Origin: Octopus sinensis
Lineage: Eukaryota
Assembly: GCF_006345805.1 (NCBI RefSeq)
Contig: NC_043001.1
Location: 44,888,001 to 44,952,000 of the forward strand
DNA: 64,000 nt
Reading direction: 5' to 3'
A model generated the notes under the pieces. The model was not told the DNA's origin and searched no databases. It saw only the letters and a program-made list of their open reading frames with translations. A program made the translations under genes and the position numbers. The first letter of the stretch is position 1. Each line of letters opens with the position of its first letter. This document shows, piece after piece, positions 36,310-49,072 of this stretch.

Positions 36310-37000
36310 TAGCAAAGAAATGTCATTCTTCAGCAGTTTGGAAATCTATAGAATGGTTGTATAAATTTGTAAAATTCTTACAATTTTTATATTGTGAAGC
36401 AACACCATCTGAAAAATAGATAACTTTGTTGATATTAAAGGCTTTTCCCCCAAGAAAATCTATCAGCTTTTTTGGGAAGAGATGGACTGCTACTGCATCA
36501 TGCTTCATACAGTTGGATATAACAACATTGATGTCAGTTACATCAATGTTTTGTTTATAATAAGAGAGAAATGGATGGATAGTGGGTTGGGCATTGTTCC
36601 AATAAAACCCGTGTACAGCATCTTGCAAAATGAATGAATAATTCTCTGAAAAATCTGTTATGACTAAGATTTCTCCTAAACTCAAAGATTCTTTTCTTGA
36701 AGTACAAAATTTAGATTGTCCTTTGCAATGAAATCATGTACTTTAAGTGCTTTAAACTTTGGCAGAAAATTTCAGCAAAATCATCTGTTGATTTTGATAT
36801 ATTTTCTAGGATTGTTCTGTCTGTTGTTTGCCATTTCTTATACTGTACTTTAGCAATCATATTCACATTAAACTTTTCATACAAGAATTTTTCAAAATCT
36901 TCTAGCAAAGAATTGCTATTTGAATAGTTGCCCATGTAGCAGTCATTTTGTTGTTGGTTTGCAAGTAATTGATTCCAAACATTGTTTGTAATCAATACGG
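36310..37000 (-). mobile_element. Decayed Sola-like (probably Sola2) DNA transposase fragment
   Basis: DFSENYSFILQDAVHGFYWNN...KHDAVAVHLF...YFSDGVASQYKN motifs; subfamily assignment from memory. Confidence 0.65.
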
Positions 37001-37112
37001 TGAAACTTCATCAGATAGTTTCATGCCAGAAATTGTTAGTTTGACATTCTGATGAATGGTGCATGCACATATATTATGTGTACCAGCATTACCTACTAGT
37101 AGCAAAAAGTTT

Positions 37113-37420
37113 AGTGTACAAGAAGGAGCCCACTAGGGGTCAGTTCTTAGTCCACTCTTATTTATAATGGTTCTCCAAACCATAACTGAGGAACTTAAGA
37201 CTAGCTGCCTCTGGGAGCTCTTCTATACTGATGACCTTGTTCTTATTGCTGAATCACTACCAGAACTAGAGAAGAAATTTCAGGTATGGAAGCAAGGTTT
37301 AGAATCAAAGGGCCTTAGAGTTAATGTAGCAAAGACCAAAGTATTGATAAGTAGGAAAGCAGACAAATTGCAGATACCTTCTGGGAGATGGCCCTGCTTG
37401 TTATGTAGAGAAGTTATCAC
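37113..37420 (+). mobile_element. RTE RT fragment
   Basis: GSVLSPLLF...WELFYTDDLVLIAES...GLRVNVAKTKV. Confidence 0.8.
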
Positions 37421-37949
37421 ATTACATTTGTAATAAAGAGAAATAAAGATTAGCTTAATGATCAGAAAGGCAATGAAACATTTTAATTAAAATATATTTT
37501 TTTTTTAATGTGTGTGTGAAGTCATCATTGTCTGATGGATTAACTTCACTGAAGCGGTTTAATAATACTGAAATATATTATGAATTTCCATACTATCAAG
37601 ATTCATGACCCATGGTATTTCTTAAACCTATTTCTAGTTTACTAAAACTCCAGGGTTGTCTCATTTACCTTTCTTTTAATGGCTTATTAATGCTAAGAAT
37701 TCTTTCTTCTCACATCAACATTTATTGACTCACTACATTGAATATGCTAACACCAGCCTTATCATTTATAAATTTATGCACAGTGTGTCCTTGGGTATTT
37801 TCTCCTTATACCATATATGGTTTGGCATAAATCTACACACAATATCTTACATATATTAATGAATATATGTATATACTAACAGCACACACACACACATGCT
37901 GCTTTGTCAAGCAATGCACTTCTATTTCATTCTTGTATCTTCCTAACAG

Positions 37950-38129
37950 TTTATGAAAAGGCACTTCCTATCTGTTCACCACTTACAACCCTACAGCAGT
38001 TACTAGAATGGACTGTAGATTCTGACAGTGGATGTGTGTCCAAGCAGCCCCTGTTACCTCGTATTTCCCATCCTGGCCGACCTCTCACCTTGGTCTGCCA
38101 TGACATGAAGTCAGTTATTTAGAAGACAG
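37950..38129 (+). CDS. ENGASE: ENGase exon 2 (180 nt as given; needs 181, a base appears missing near 38114)
   Basis: Acceptor ttcctaacag|TT. Encodes ...LQQLLEW...RPLTLVCHDMKS, then GYLEDR only after a 1-nt shift; donor AG|gtatg. Confidence 0.85.
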
Positions 38130-39679
38130 GTATGTATGCATTTATTTATTTTTGTTTCTCTCACACTTTGTTTATTGAATTTATAGCTCAGAGGTCAATA
38201 ATTCATTTCTTTTTCTGATGCTTTTTATAAGTTAGTCTGAGGAGGAGAGGCAGCTTCTTTGCTTCCCAGTCTGACCACTGCAGTTAATATCCACTTTGAA
38301 CATTGCTAACTCTAAAACTTTTGGAAAAGATGTGGATGAGAGGATAATTCTGGACAGTTAATAATTCTGAAGAGAAAGGATTCTGCAAACTATTTGATGT
38401 GGGATCTGTGAAATAAAACGCAGAAAGAGTGAGAGCGTGGGATTGGTTTTCAGCTAGTTGAGGGGAACAAATATTTATTGCAGTGTAACCCAATGTGACC
38501 CCTGATTGAGCAAACTAACCTATGATCAAAGGTGTTCCACTCTTTTGATATATTTATGACTACATTGTCTAATGTGTCCTTCCATTTTTAAAATGAATGC
38601 ATATTAGTTATGGGAGATTTGGCTGCTGTTTCTAGTACGTCAAGACTATGTACTAGTTCCTTCATTAGATCATGAGAAAAAGAAATTGTAATAGCAGCAG
38701 TTAAGGACAAGGGATGAGATAGGGTATTTGAGGGTCAGATGTTTATATGGTGTTGATGAGGGACACTCTACCAAGCAATAGGCAATAAGTGTTCATGAGT
38801 ACTCTGTCAACTTGGAGAACCAAGTTCAAATCTTTCAGTCTCTAAGGCTACTTGGAATTGACTAGTGACCTATCCAGAGGAATTATTGTTTCTCACCTGT
38901 TTAATATTATAAACGTCATAGGTACTGATCCTTTAGGTTTTTGTGATTTGAGGAAGATTTCATTTTTATTCATGTCATTATCACTTTTGTAAAGGCATTT
39001 ACAGGTTGCCTATAAGGATAGGCAATCTACCTATAAGTTCCAGAGAATAGCAATAACAGAGTCTATAACTATCTCTACATTCTCACTGAGCCTTTGTATA
39101 CATGTTTTTTCAATTGTCCCTGTTTTTATCTTAATATAAGAAAGGAAATATATTTTATGTATTTCTCAAACCATGAATCATAATGATAATGAAAGGTTAT
39201 CATGCACATGTTTTGTCTTGGTATAAAAGATGGGCTACAGCAAATATTCTGCTCAATACCATAGATTTGCTTGTCAGTTGCTTGACCATAACTAGTTGAG
39301 CATGTCCCTTAGTGGCTGATGCTATGTGCACCTCTGATCATGAGCAGAAGTAGTGGGGGAGCATTATAGTCATGTGTTGAGAGGAATTCTTTGGGGTTTG
39401 AATAATTCACCTCTAGAAACATGTGTGTTTTGTTCAACATCTGTAAATAATCCTTATTCAGGGAACCTGAAGAAAAATCTAACTGGGCCCCTCCTGCAAG
39501 ATCATGTGCTGTTTATCTTGATATGAGATCACCATGTCATGTACATATAGTTGTGATGCATGTGCCTAGTGTACCCTTATCAGATGACTAGTGATGATGA
39601 GTATATTGGGCTTCATATATTTGTGCCCCTTTGTCACTTTGATGGCATGCACTGCTCTCTCATAATAATAATAATCATC

Positions 39680-39895
39680 CTTTCTACTAAAGGTACAAGG
39701 CCTGGAATTTTGAAGGGAAGGGACTAGTCAATTACATTGACCCCAGTGTTTCACTGGTACTTAATTTATCAACCCTAAAGGATGAAAAGCAAAGTCGGTC
39801 TTGGTGGAATTTGAACTCAGAACATAGCAGCAGGCAAAATATCACTAAGCATTTAGCCTGGCATGCTAATGATTCTGCCAGCTTTCCACCTTAAC
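39680..39895 (-). mobile_element. CORE-type SINE (further partial copies to ~40035 and at 41505-41715, 41750-42010)
   Basis: GGTACTTAATTTATCAACCCTAAAGGATGAAAAGCAAAGTC...GAATTTGAACTC is the reverse complement of the CORE block. Confidence 0.75.
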
Positions 39896-40049
39896 AATAA
39901 TAATTACAATCCTTTCTACTATAGACACAAAGCCTGAAATTTTGGGGTGGGGTACTAATTGATTACATCGACCCCAGTGTTTCGCTAGTATTTAATTTAA
40001 TGACCCCAAAAGGATGAAAGGCAAAGTTGACTTCACCGGAATAATAATC

Positions 40050-41465
40050 ATCATAATTTATCTTCTGTTTTCCATGCTGGCATGGGTTAGATGGTTTGAC
40101 AGAAAACTGGTAAGCTGGAGAGTTGCATGAGGTTCCAATCTGATTTGGCATGGTTTCTACAGCTGGATGCTCTTCCTGACACCAACTACTCTCAGATTGC
40201 AATGGGTGGTCCTTATGTGCCACCAGCACAAGTGCTAGTTATGAAACACTGGCATCAGCCATGACAACAATCATGACAACTTAGCTTCACAGATATTTTC
40301 CTGTATTGTATATTGCTAAAAGTCCCAATCACTTGTCACTGCCTCTGTGAGGCCCAAAGTTTGAAGGGTGCTTTTTGCATGCCACCAGCATGGTTTCCAG
40401 ATATGTGACACTGGCATTTGCCACGGCTATGATTTCACTTGGCTTGATGGGTCCTCTCAAGTACAGCATATTGCCCAATATTCGAATGTTGCTTTTATGT
40501 GCCACTGGCATGTGTGCAAGTTACACAACACACATCAGCCATGACTACGATTTCACTTGGCTTCACGGGTCTTCTCAACCATGACATTGCCAAAGGTCTG
40601 GGTCACTTATCATTGCCTCCATGAAGCCCAACACTCAAAGATCATGCTTCAACATTTCGTCCCATGTCTTCCTGGGTCTACCTTTTCCACAGGTTCCCTC
40701 CACCATTAGACATCGGTACTTCTTCACACAGCTGTCCTCATCCATACGCATCACATGACCATACCAGCACCGTTGTCTCTCTTGCACACCACATCTGATG
40801 CCTCTTATGCCCAACTTTTCTCTCAAGATGCTTACACTCTGTCGTACATGCACACTGACATTGCACATCCAGCAAAGCATACCAGATTCATATCTTTCAA
40901 GCCTACTCATGTTCTTGGCAGTCACAGCACATGTTTCACAGCACATAGACATCACACAATCTGCTTTTCACTCTGAGGAAAAGGCCCTTTGTTACCAACA
41001 GAGGTAGGAGCTCTCTGAACTTTGCCCAGCCTATTCTTATTCTAGTAGCTATGGTCTCAGAGCATCCACCTCTGCTACTGACTTGCTCACCTAGGTAATG
41101 GAAGCTCTCAACTACTTCTAGTTTTTCCCCTTGGCATTTGATGGAGTCTATTTTCTGTATATTTTAGTGTTAATTGTACCTGTGCACCCTCCACACGCGA
41201 AAACTATTTTCCTTGCTAACCTTCCTTTGATATTGCTGCATCTCTTATGTGTCCATAGCTTACACCAGGCAGATCTTATTGAGTTTCTACCTATGCCTTT
41301 TCTACAGATTGAACAGGGTCATCTACCTGAAGAGATTTGTGATTTGTTTGTTCTACCTACTAAAACTTTGGTTTTTGCTAGATTAACTCTTTTTGCTAGA
41401 TTAAGGCCCTTTGATTCTAGACCTGGTAGTGATTTGGCTATAAGAACAAGGTCATCAGGATATTA
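40050..41465 (-). mobile_element. Decayed RTE LINE 3' portion with minisatellite 3' UTR
   Basis: MSRLERYESGMLCWMCNVSV...WYGHVMRMDEDSCVKK...GRPRKTW and YPDDLVLIA...GLNLAK motifs. Confidence 0.8.
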
Positions 41466-42146
41466 GTAGTAGTAGTAGTAGTAGTAATAATAATAATAAT
41501 CCTTTCTACTAAAGGCACAAGGGTTTGAAATTTGGCAGATAGGGACTAATCAATTACGTCAACCCCAGTGTTTCACTGGTACTTAATTTATTGACCTCAA
41601 AAGGATGAAAGGCAAAGTTGACCTCGGTGGAATTTGAACTCAAAATGCAAGGATGAACAAAATGCTGCTAAGCATTTTGCCTGGCATACTAATGATTCTG
41701 TCAGCTTGCTGCCTTAATAATAATAATAATAATAATCCTGAAGGCAAAGTGGACATCAGCAGAATTTGAACTCAGAATGTAATGACAAATGATAGTTATT
41801 AGTAGGGTCGAACTGAATTTTAATAATCCTTCCTACTAAAGGCACAAGATCTAAAATTTTATGGGAGGGGACAAGTCAATTACACTGACCCCAAAGGATG
41901 AAAGGTGAAGTCAACCTCAATGAAATTTGAATGTTAAGGATGTTAAGACAGACAAAATGCTACTAAATATTGTCTGCCACACTAACAATTCTGTCAGTAT
42001 ACTGCCTTACTTATAGTAATAATAAAAGATTAGAATTTGTGTCAAATGGAGAAAAAGAGGAGCTCAGTATACTAGTTGTATTTACCATCATAACCACCTC
42101 CACCATCACTACTACACTGTACTATCCTTTCATTTACTATACCTAG

Positions 42147-42295
42147 GTATCTTCAGAATGTTCTTAAAGAAGATGGTTATCGTTTCTTCAATTGGCAGTA
42201 TTTGGACCTGTTTGTGTACTTTAGTCACCACTTCATCACCATTCCACCTGTAGGCTGGGTGTCTTCAGCTCATTGCAACCGTGTTCCCATTCTAG
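42147..42295 (+). CDS. ENGASE: ENGase exon 3 (149 nt)
   Basis: cctag|G TAT CTT... encodes RYLQNVLKEDGYRFFNWQYLDLFVYFSHHFITIPPVGWVSSAHCNRVPIL, a GH85 hallmark; donor G|gtaag. Confidence 0.95.
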
Positions 42296-42829
42296 GTAAG
42301 TCCAATCAACTGAATGCTTGTATCTATCTATGTATCTTTCCTGTCATCTGATAAACTGAGAGTTAAACAACAACTAAATACGCAGTTTGTGAAACTTTAC
42401 ATCTTGCTTAGTGTCTTTCTATTCTTGTAGAAAAAAAAAAGCAAAGCAAATAAATCTGTTCTTACTCTTTGAAGGTATACAAGACAGATGACTGAATTAT
42501 TAAAGTATTTGTTTATTTTCTCAGAGATCATGAGGCCAAATCCAATATGTGTACTTGCTAAGTCTTTCACCAGAACATTTTATTCTCTGTTATAATTGTT
42601 AACATAGATCAGTAGGGCAGAGAAATCAGAAGCATATGTTGTTGTGCCTCCATCCAAATTTGAAACCACTGCCCTGTAAATTCTGTATAAGCCTATATGT
42701 AAAACAAAATATTTCAGTCTTAAACCAAAGCAGTAAGTTGCATAATTATGAATTTGTAAAATTAAAGACACCTATACCTGTCCCCTCTATACCTTAAAAT
42801 CTATCAACTGACACAAAGCCACACCACCT

Positions 42830-43170
42830 CAGTACCACTCCCTACCTCCCAGTTGAGGGCTTTCTCTTGGCGACCTTGCTGGTACCACATAAAAAGCACT
42901 GGTGATGGGCGTCACGTAAAAAGCATTAGTGATGGTGCCATGTAAAAAGCAATGGTAATGGTACCAGGTAAAAAGCACTGGTGATGGTACTACATGAAAA
43001 GCAGCCAGTACTTTCTGTAAAGTGGTTGGCATTAGGATGGGCATCCAGCTGTAGAAACCATGCCAAAATGGACAATGGAACCTGGTGTGACTCTTGGTCT
43101 TGTCAGCTCCTGTCAAACCACCCAACCCCTGCCAGCATGGAAAATGAATGTTAAATGATGATGATGATGA
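42830..43170 (+). mobile_element. RTE 3'-UTR-derived element
   Basis: GTAAAAAGCA repeats, GTGGTTGGCATTAGGATGGGCATCCAGCTG, and tail CATGGAAAATGAATGTTAAATGATGATG. Confidence 0.75.
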
Positions 43171-43438
43171 AAGATTTATCTTTTAGTACAGATGCATCCC
43201 TGCAGGTTCTTATGCTGTTTGCTCTTGATGCTAAAAACGTTTCCTACCACTATTTTGGTGTTGTGAATAGGTATCACTACACTATCAAAGCATGTTATCT
43301 TGGAAAATTTCTCATCCTCTTAATATGATAAAACTTAAGCTAAGCCTTACCTTAAAATAAGAATGGGGCCTGTTTTCTTTTCTTTTTTTACATATGAAAT
43401 CTTCTTCCCTCTGGACAATGGTTTACATCTTCTTTCAG

Positions 43439-43593
43439 GCACAGTGATTACTGAACATAATAAAGGAGCTAAAATCTGTAAGCAGTTATTACAGTCACGA
43501 GAAAGTTATGAAAATGTTGCACAAAAGTTAGTTGAAATAGCCAAGTTTTACAACTTTGATGGCTGGTTGCTAAACATTGAAAATGTTATCCAG
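43439..43593 (+). CDS. ENGASE: ENGase exon 4 (155 nt; catalytic N-x-E motif)
   Basis: ttcag|GC ACA... GTVITEH...FYNFDGWLLNIEN; donor CAG|gtatg. Confidence 0.95.
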
Positions 43594-44178
43594 GTATGTT
43601 ACTCATGTCAGCTTAATTTGATTGTTTGCAGTCAGGAGTAGATTGATTACATCTATTCAGCTCAGTTCAGCTGTACTCACTTTGGCTTGTAATGACTCAG
43701 CTCTAAATATATTCAGCCTAGTTAAGGTTGGTTTGTATTGGTTCAGTTCAAGTAGATCTGAAGCTAGACTTCTTAAGCGGAGAAAAATTGATCTATTTAA
43801 GGAAATTGTTGGGCTCCATAGTGATAGGTAGAAATTCCAAGTAATGTAAAATATGGCCTGGACTGCGTTTACCAGAATGAATGTCAAACTTCAAAAAGTA
43901 GTTAACCATTTAATAGTTTTAGTAAATTTATCCAGAAAAAGTAAGCATTATACCGTCCAGCATAAATAAAAGTCAACTTCATTATATTTTTTCTGTAAAA
44001 ACCTATTCTGACATCAAATGAGTCATCTTTTGGTATGAATGTTTACATTTGTGCGTCATTTTTCAACAAAAAAAATTTCTAAAACAATTCTGGAAATGAT
44101 CTATTCATGTAATTTACGCACCCGCTAAAATTTATTTTTGTTTTTGCAAAAAATATGTAAATTACATGGGTTTTTACG

Positions 44179-44224
<46 letters not shown>

Positions 44225-44353
44225 CTGTCTAAGGGATAAAAGTATCCAAAATACTACGGGTATATTACCTATATTTAAGCATGGGCAAAAATGTTATGCT
44301 CATAAACTATAGGTAAAGCCAAGGATAAGCAGTAGTTTATCAGGAATCAAGTT

Positions 44354-44736
44354 AAAGAAAACAGATAATGGAGATAACATTGATGAACAACAGTTGATTT
44401 GCATCAATTATTATTTATTAGTAATTTACAAAAAACTGCAGCCCATCTAACAGCTGTTTCTGTTGCCAATGTTCTTTGGAATCACCATTATGATGCTACT
44501 TTCCTTCTTCTTTTCTTGTCTCTTCTTTTTATTTTTTTATTTTCCACTCTGATGAAGCTCCATGATTCAAATCGGTTTTATTAACAACTAGATAAATATT
44601 CTCTTAGCATCCTAATGGTAATTTCAAAGAACATTGGCAGCAGAAACAGCTGTTAGATGGGATGCAGTCTTTTTGTAAATTATTATTAAATAATAATTGT
44701 TGTTCATCAATGTTATCTCCATTTTCTGTTTTCTTT
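44354..44736. repeat. Long inverted repeat in ENGase intron 4 (arms 44354-44498 and 44605-44736, 106-nt loop)
   Basis: The arms are reverse complements apart from a 14-nt insertion and scattered substitutions; each carries GAAACAGCTGT. Confidence 0.9.
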
Positions 44737-44764
44737 ATATATGTGTGTGTGTGTGTATTCTGTT

Positions 44765-45455
44765 GGTAACAAAGGGTCTCTTCCTCAGAGTGAAAAGTGT
44801 GTGTGACCAGCCATGCTCCATGGCAGTGACCACAGAGGACATGCATAGGCTTAAAAGAAATGAATCTGGATGGTCATTGACAGTGTACATGTACAAGAGA
44901 GTGTAAATGTCTTGAAAGAAAAACTGGGCATAAGAGGCATTAGATGTGGTGTGCTAGAGAGATGAATGCACTGGTATGATCATATGATGCATATGGACAA
45001 GGACAGCTGTGTAAAGAAGTGCTGAGCTCTAACTGTGGAGGGAACCTATGAAATAGGTAGACTCAGGAAGACATGGGATAAGGTGATGAAGCACAATCTT
45101 TGAATGTGAGGCCTAACAGGGGTGATGAGAAATAACTGAGATCTTTGGCAATATGCTGTCCTTGAGAAGACTCATCAGGCAAAGTGAAATCATAGTCATG
45201 GCTGTTGCCAGTGTCATGTAAATGGCACCAGTAGAATCGTAGTCATGGCCGTTGCTGATGTCATATAAATGGCATCTGTGCTGGTGACATGTAAAAAGCA
45301 CCCATTACACTCTTGGAGTGGTTGGCGTTGGGAAGGACATCCAGCCATAGAAACCATACCAAATCAGATTGGAACCTGGTGCAGCCCTCCAGCTTACCAG
45401 TTCCAGTCAAACTATTTAACCCATGCCAGCATGGAAAGTGGATGATCAATGATGA
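44765..45455 (+). mobile_element. RTE LINE 3' end with UTR
   Basis: AVTTEDMHRLKRNES...CTGMII...GRLRKTWDK-like sequence, then minisatellite and GAT tail. Confidence 0.75.
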
Positions 45456-45565
45456 CTTAACTGTACTCTACAAAAGTGTTTTTTAAGGTAGTATTACATG
45501 AATTAAAGGAGATTTGGTTGCTATTTCTATCTAATGGAAAAGCTATAGAGGAGGTTCCTTATCAG

Positions 45566-45657
45566 CTTGATGTCATAGTACCTAGTACTTCTCATAAGGG
45601 AGGAAAGTAAGGTGGACTTGATGTCATAGTACCTAGTACTTCTCATAAGGGAGGAAA
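45566..45657. repeat. Exact 41-bp direct repeat with a 10-bp spacer
   Basis: CTTGATGTCATAGTACCTAGTACTTCTCATAAGGGAGGAAA at 45566-45606 and 45617-45657. Confidence 0.95.
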
Positions 45658-45784
45658 TAGTGTGTAATGGATGTCTCCAGAAATCTCACCAGAAAACAAA
45701 ATCAAAAACCTATCTTCATTCTTTGATCCTATGCATTAATATTTAGTCATGTTCTTTTTTACATTTTAAAATTATGCTTGACAG

Positions 45785-45933
45785 TTGGAGGACATTCCAA
45801 ATCTGGCTGGATTTGTTTCATGCCTCAGCACAATGATGTCAGATGCTATGCCACATGCAAAGGTCATTTGGTATGATAGTGTCACGAAAGATGGCTTCTT
45901 GAATTGGCAGAACGAGCTTAATTTAAAGAATGA
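45785..45933 (+). CDS. ENGASE: ENGase exon 5 (149 nt)
   Basis: gacag|TTG GAG... KVIWYDSVTKDGFLNWQNELNLKN; donor GA|gtaag. Confidence 0.95.
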
Positions 45934-46353
45934 GTAAGTGCAGAAGAGCCTTTTTTTTCTTTTTTGTTCTTTTTCATTCACTCAATTACTAAATTCAGTT
46001 TACTACTACACAGTTTGTGGACAGTTGTTTATTCACCAAAAAGTATGTCACCTTCAGAATCAGATGGATGAATTGAGAAAGTGCCCACTACCAATAAAAG
46101 AGCTTATTGTTTGTAACCTCTCACAGTCTGTAAGCTACACTCTGAAACTATTGTTAGCTCAGTCTATCTAACTTTAAGCAGATACTGTAGGGAAACATAA
46201 GAATTTTAGAGGCACTAAGAATACTATTTAATTAACATGTATTAAATATGGCCTCTTTTCAAATGTCTTTAAATTTTGGAGTAATTTTTTTTGCTTATGT
46301 TCTGTGAAGAAAAAGAACCATGTCACTGTAAACTTATGCTTTATTCTTTCCAG

Positions 46354-46525
46354 ATTATTCTTTGACAAGTGTCATGGAATATTCCTGAATTATTGTTGGA
46401 ATGAAGAGGGTCTAAAGAGAACCAAGAAAATTAGTACCCAGAAAAATCGTACATACGATGTATTTGTCGGAGTTGATGTCTTTGGACGTGGTTGTTATGG
46501 TGGTGGTGGTTACAGTTCAAACAAG
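46354..46525 (+). CDS. ENGASE: ENGase exon 6 (172 nt)
   Basis: ttccag|A TTA... FFDKCHGIFLNYCW...DVFVGVDVFGRG; donor AAG|gtaaat. Confidence 0.95.
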
Positions 46526-48830
46526 GTAAATATTACTGGAGAAGTGTAGTATGGCATCCTCAGTCCTTAATTTATGGCTAATTCATTATTTAAAATAATA
46601 TTTTGAATTACTGTTAAAAATAGTAAAATGGTAAGATAATTTCTTTAGGCTAAGCATAAAATATGATAACCCCAAAACATCTCTATAGTTGTCTTTTACC
46701 TCCCAACAAAGATCAATTTTACCTTACAATAAACATGTAAATTATCTTTGAGATTAATTCCTAATTTACTGAAATTATCTCTCTTTTCTTAGAGAGTCAA
46801 TAACAAGTGTTTCTACATTTTTGTTTTCTTTCTCCAACTAATGGAAATGTCATTTAAGAATATTTTTTTACACACAAAACATCATAACTTGCACACAAAT
46901 CATCATAACTTTGTTTATTCAAATAAGCCCAGTGTTTTATTGTAGATGTATAATCAAACTCTTAACTGTTTCACTCTATAAGCATCTACTCAAACTTAAA
47001 GAAACACATGACATTTGTTTTGTACCCCAAAAAAGGCATAACTTTTCTAATTTTGTGACCAACCTATTGTGTTCACTATCAGTATCTCAAAAGTGGTGAA
47101 AACTGTTATAAATGGCCACTTCCTTTAACACCCTAAATTTCTCTCCCAGCTCAGTGACAATCAGTTTAGTTTCTATAAAATCTACTGAAGACTTGCTCTC
47201 ATTTGTAACTCACTAATGGTCTGGTCTGTGAACCATAATAAATTTGGCTAAAGCAATGTTGTTGATGTTACATAAAAAAAAAATCAAGTTTTCAGTTAGG
47301 TTGCTTCTGGGTTTAGACATGTTGCCACATTCTTCCTTTTGTATATAAATGACTTTCTCACACATTGTCTTATGCAAATGATATCACCCTGACTCTATAT
47401 AGCCTTTCTATAGGCACCATTTATAAACAATCCATGGCACCTTGTGTTAACTCTTTTCCATATTTACACTGAAATTTACTGCACTCATTTCAGTTAATCC
47501 TGAAAATAATGAAGACTTCATTAAAATAACTTTGTTGTTCTTAAGCTGATGCTTGGAATACAGATTAACATGAAATTTTGATGGACTATTTTAATTTAAA
47601 TCAGTTTTAATACAAAAAGAACCAGGAGCAGATTCAGACAGGTTGGTATTAAAAGAATAAATCATGTGCCAGTTCCATGAACAGAGATCTTTAAAACATC
47701 CCCAATGACAACCTAGACTCTTTGAACAATACCATGACACAGTTACTATACATATTTAGGAAACATTTTAGAACTCTTTGATTGCAGTTTTCTTACTCAT
47801 CAATATGATACAACCTTCAAACTTTGCAAATGTAAGTTTCAACTATCTCTGATGTTTTCATAACAACTACAGATCAATAAAATGGCCAAAACTGCATCTC
47901 AAAGACTGAGTTTCTTCTTTAGAGCTAGAAATTTATTTAAACACATACTATTGCAAACTTCCACAAAGTTTCAACAAGACCTACATTAAACTGTTATTCA
48001 CATAGGTGCAGGAATAGCCTGTATTTAAGAAGCTTGCTTTGCAATCATACGGTTCTGGGCTTGATTCAACTGCATGTCAAGTGTCTTCTAATTCCCAGAT
48101 AATCAATGTCTTGCTAGTGGAATTTGGTTGATAGAAATTGTAAGAGAGTCTGTTATGTGTGTATACATTCACAAACACACACACACACACTTAAACATGC
48201 ATTTGTCTGTTATTGTATATCAATAAACCACTGAGTCAAGTTGTGTCCCTATATAACAAAAGGTAACTTAACCATTTAATAAACAATGATTAATAGAATA
48301 AGCATCAGACTAAAATAAGTATTGGAGTTGAGATGATCAATTAAAACCTTTGAAGGTGATACCCAAGCATGGTTGCAGTCCAGTGACTGAAAGCAATAAA
48401 AAGCTAAAGTTTATGTGAGGTGGTGCAGCTGCTCTGATCATAACTGCAACAAAGTGTGCAAGGCCATAGGGTACTGCTCCATTATGGAATAAAGAGTGTA
48501 ATGCTGTTTTTATTGTTTAACTCCCATACCAGCCCTGATTGAGTTAACCTATGATCAAAGATATTTCAGTCATAACCATTCCATATTTCTGTATACTTGT
48601 GACTACCTTATCCATGTTTTGTTTTGTTTTTTCATAATGGCAGGGTAAAATTTGAAGGATATTTGGTTTCTATTTCTTGTAGATCAATTAATCACATAAA
48701 TACTTTTCATAGCAATTCTATAAAATTGATGAGTCTTTTAATAGCAAATGGTACTGAGTTTCATTCCTCCTGTGGATATCATAGCTTGGAAAATGTCAAC
48801 CTTTTATAAAGATTTGCTCTAGATACATAG

Positions 48831-48900
48831 ACTACTTGAAGACAAATATGCATTAATATACTACTTGAAGACAAATATGCATTGATATACTACTTGAAGA
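48831..48900. repeat. 29-bp tandem repeat, about 2.4 copies, 68 nt upstream of exon 7
   Basis: Unit ACTACTTGAAGACAAATATGCATTRATAT. Confidence 0.9.
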
Positions 48901-48968
48901 GAGAAACCTTCATTAATGCCATTGTGTAACTCTACAAGTAATTGAACTTACCACATATACTTTTACAG

Positions 48969-49072
48969 GCTTTGAAAATAATTCGTGATGTAGGACTGTC
49001 AGCTGCTATTTTTGCCAATGGTTGGGTTTTTGAGTGTCAAGGTGTTAAAGAATTTCTTCAGAATGAAATCAG
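48969..49072 (+). CDS. ENGASE: ENGase exon 7 (104 nt)
   Basis: ttacag|GCT TTG... ALKIIRDVGLSAAIFANGWVFE; donor AG|gtaaaa. Confidence 0.95.
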
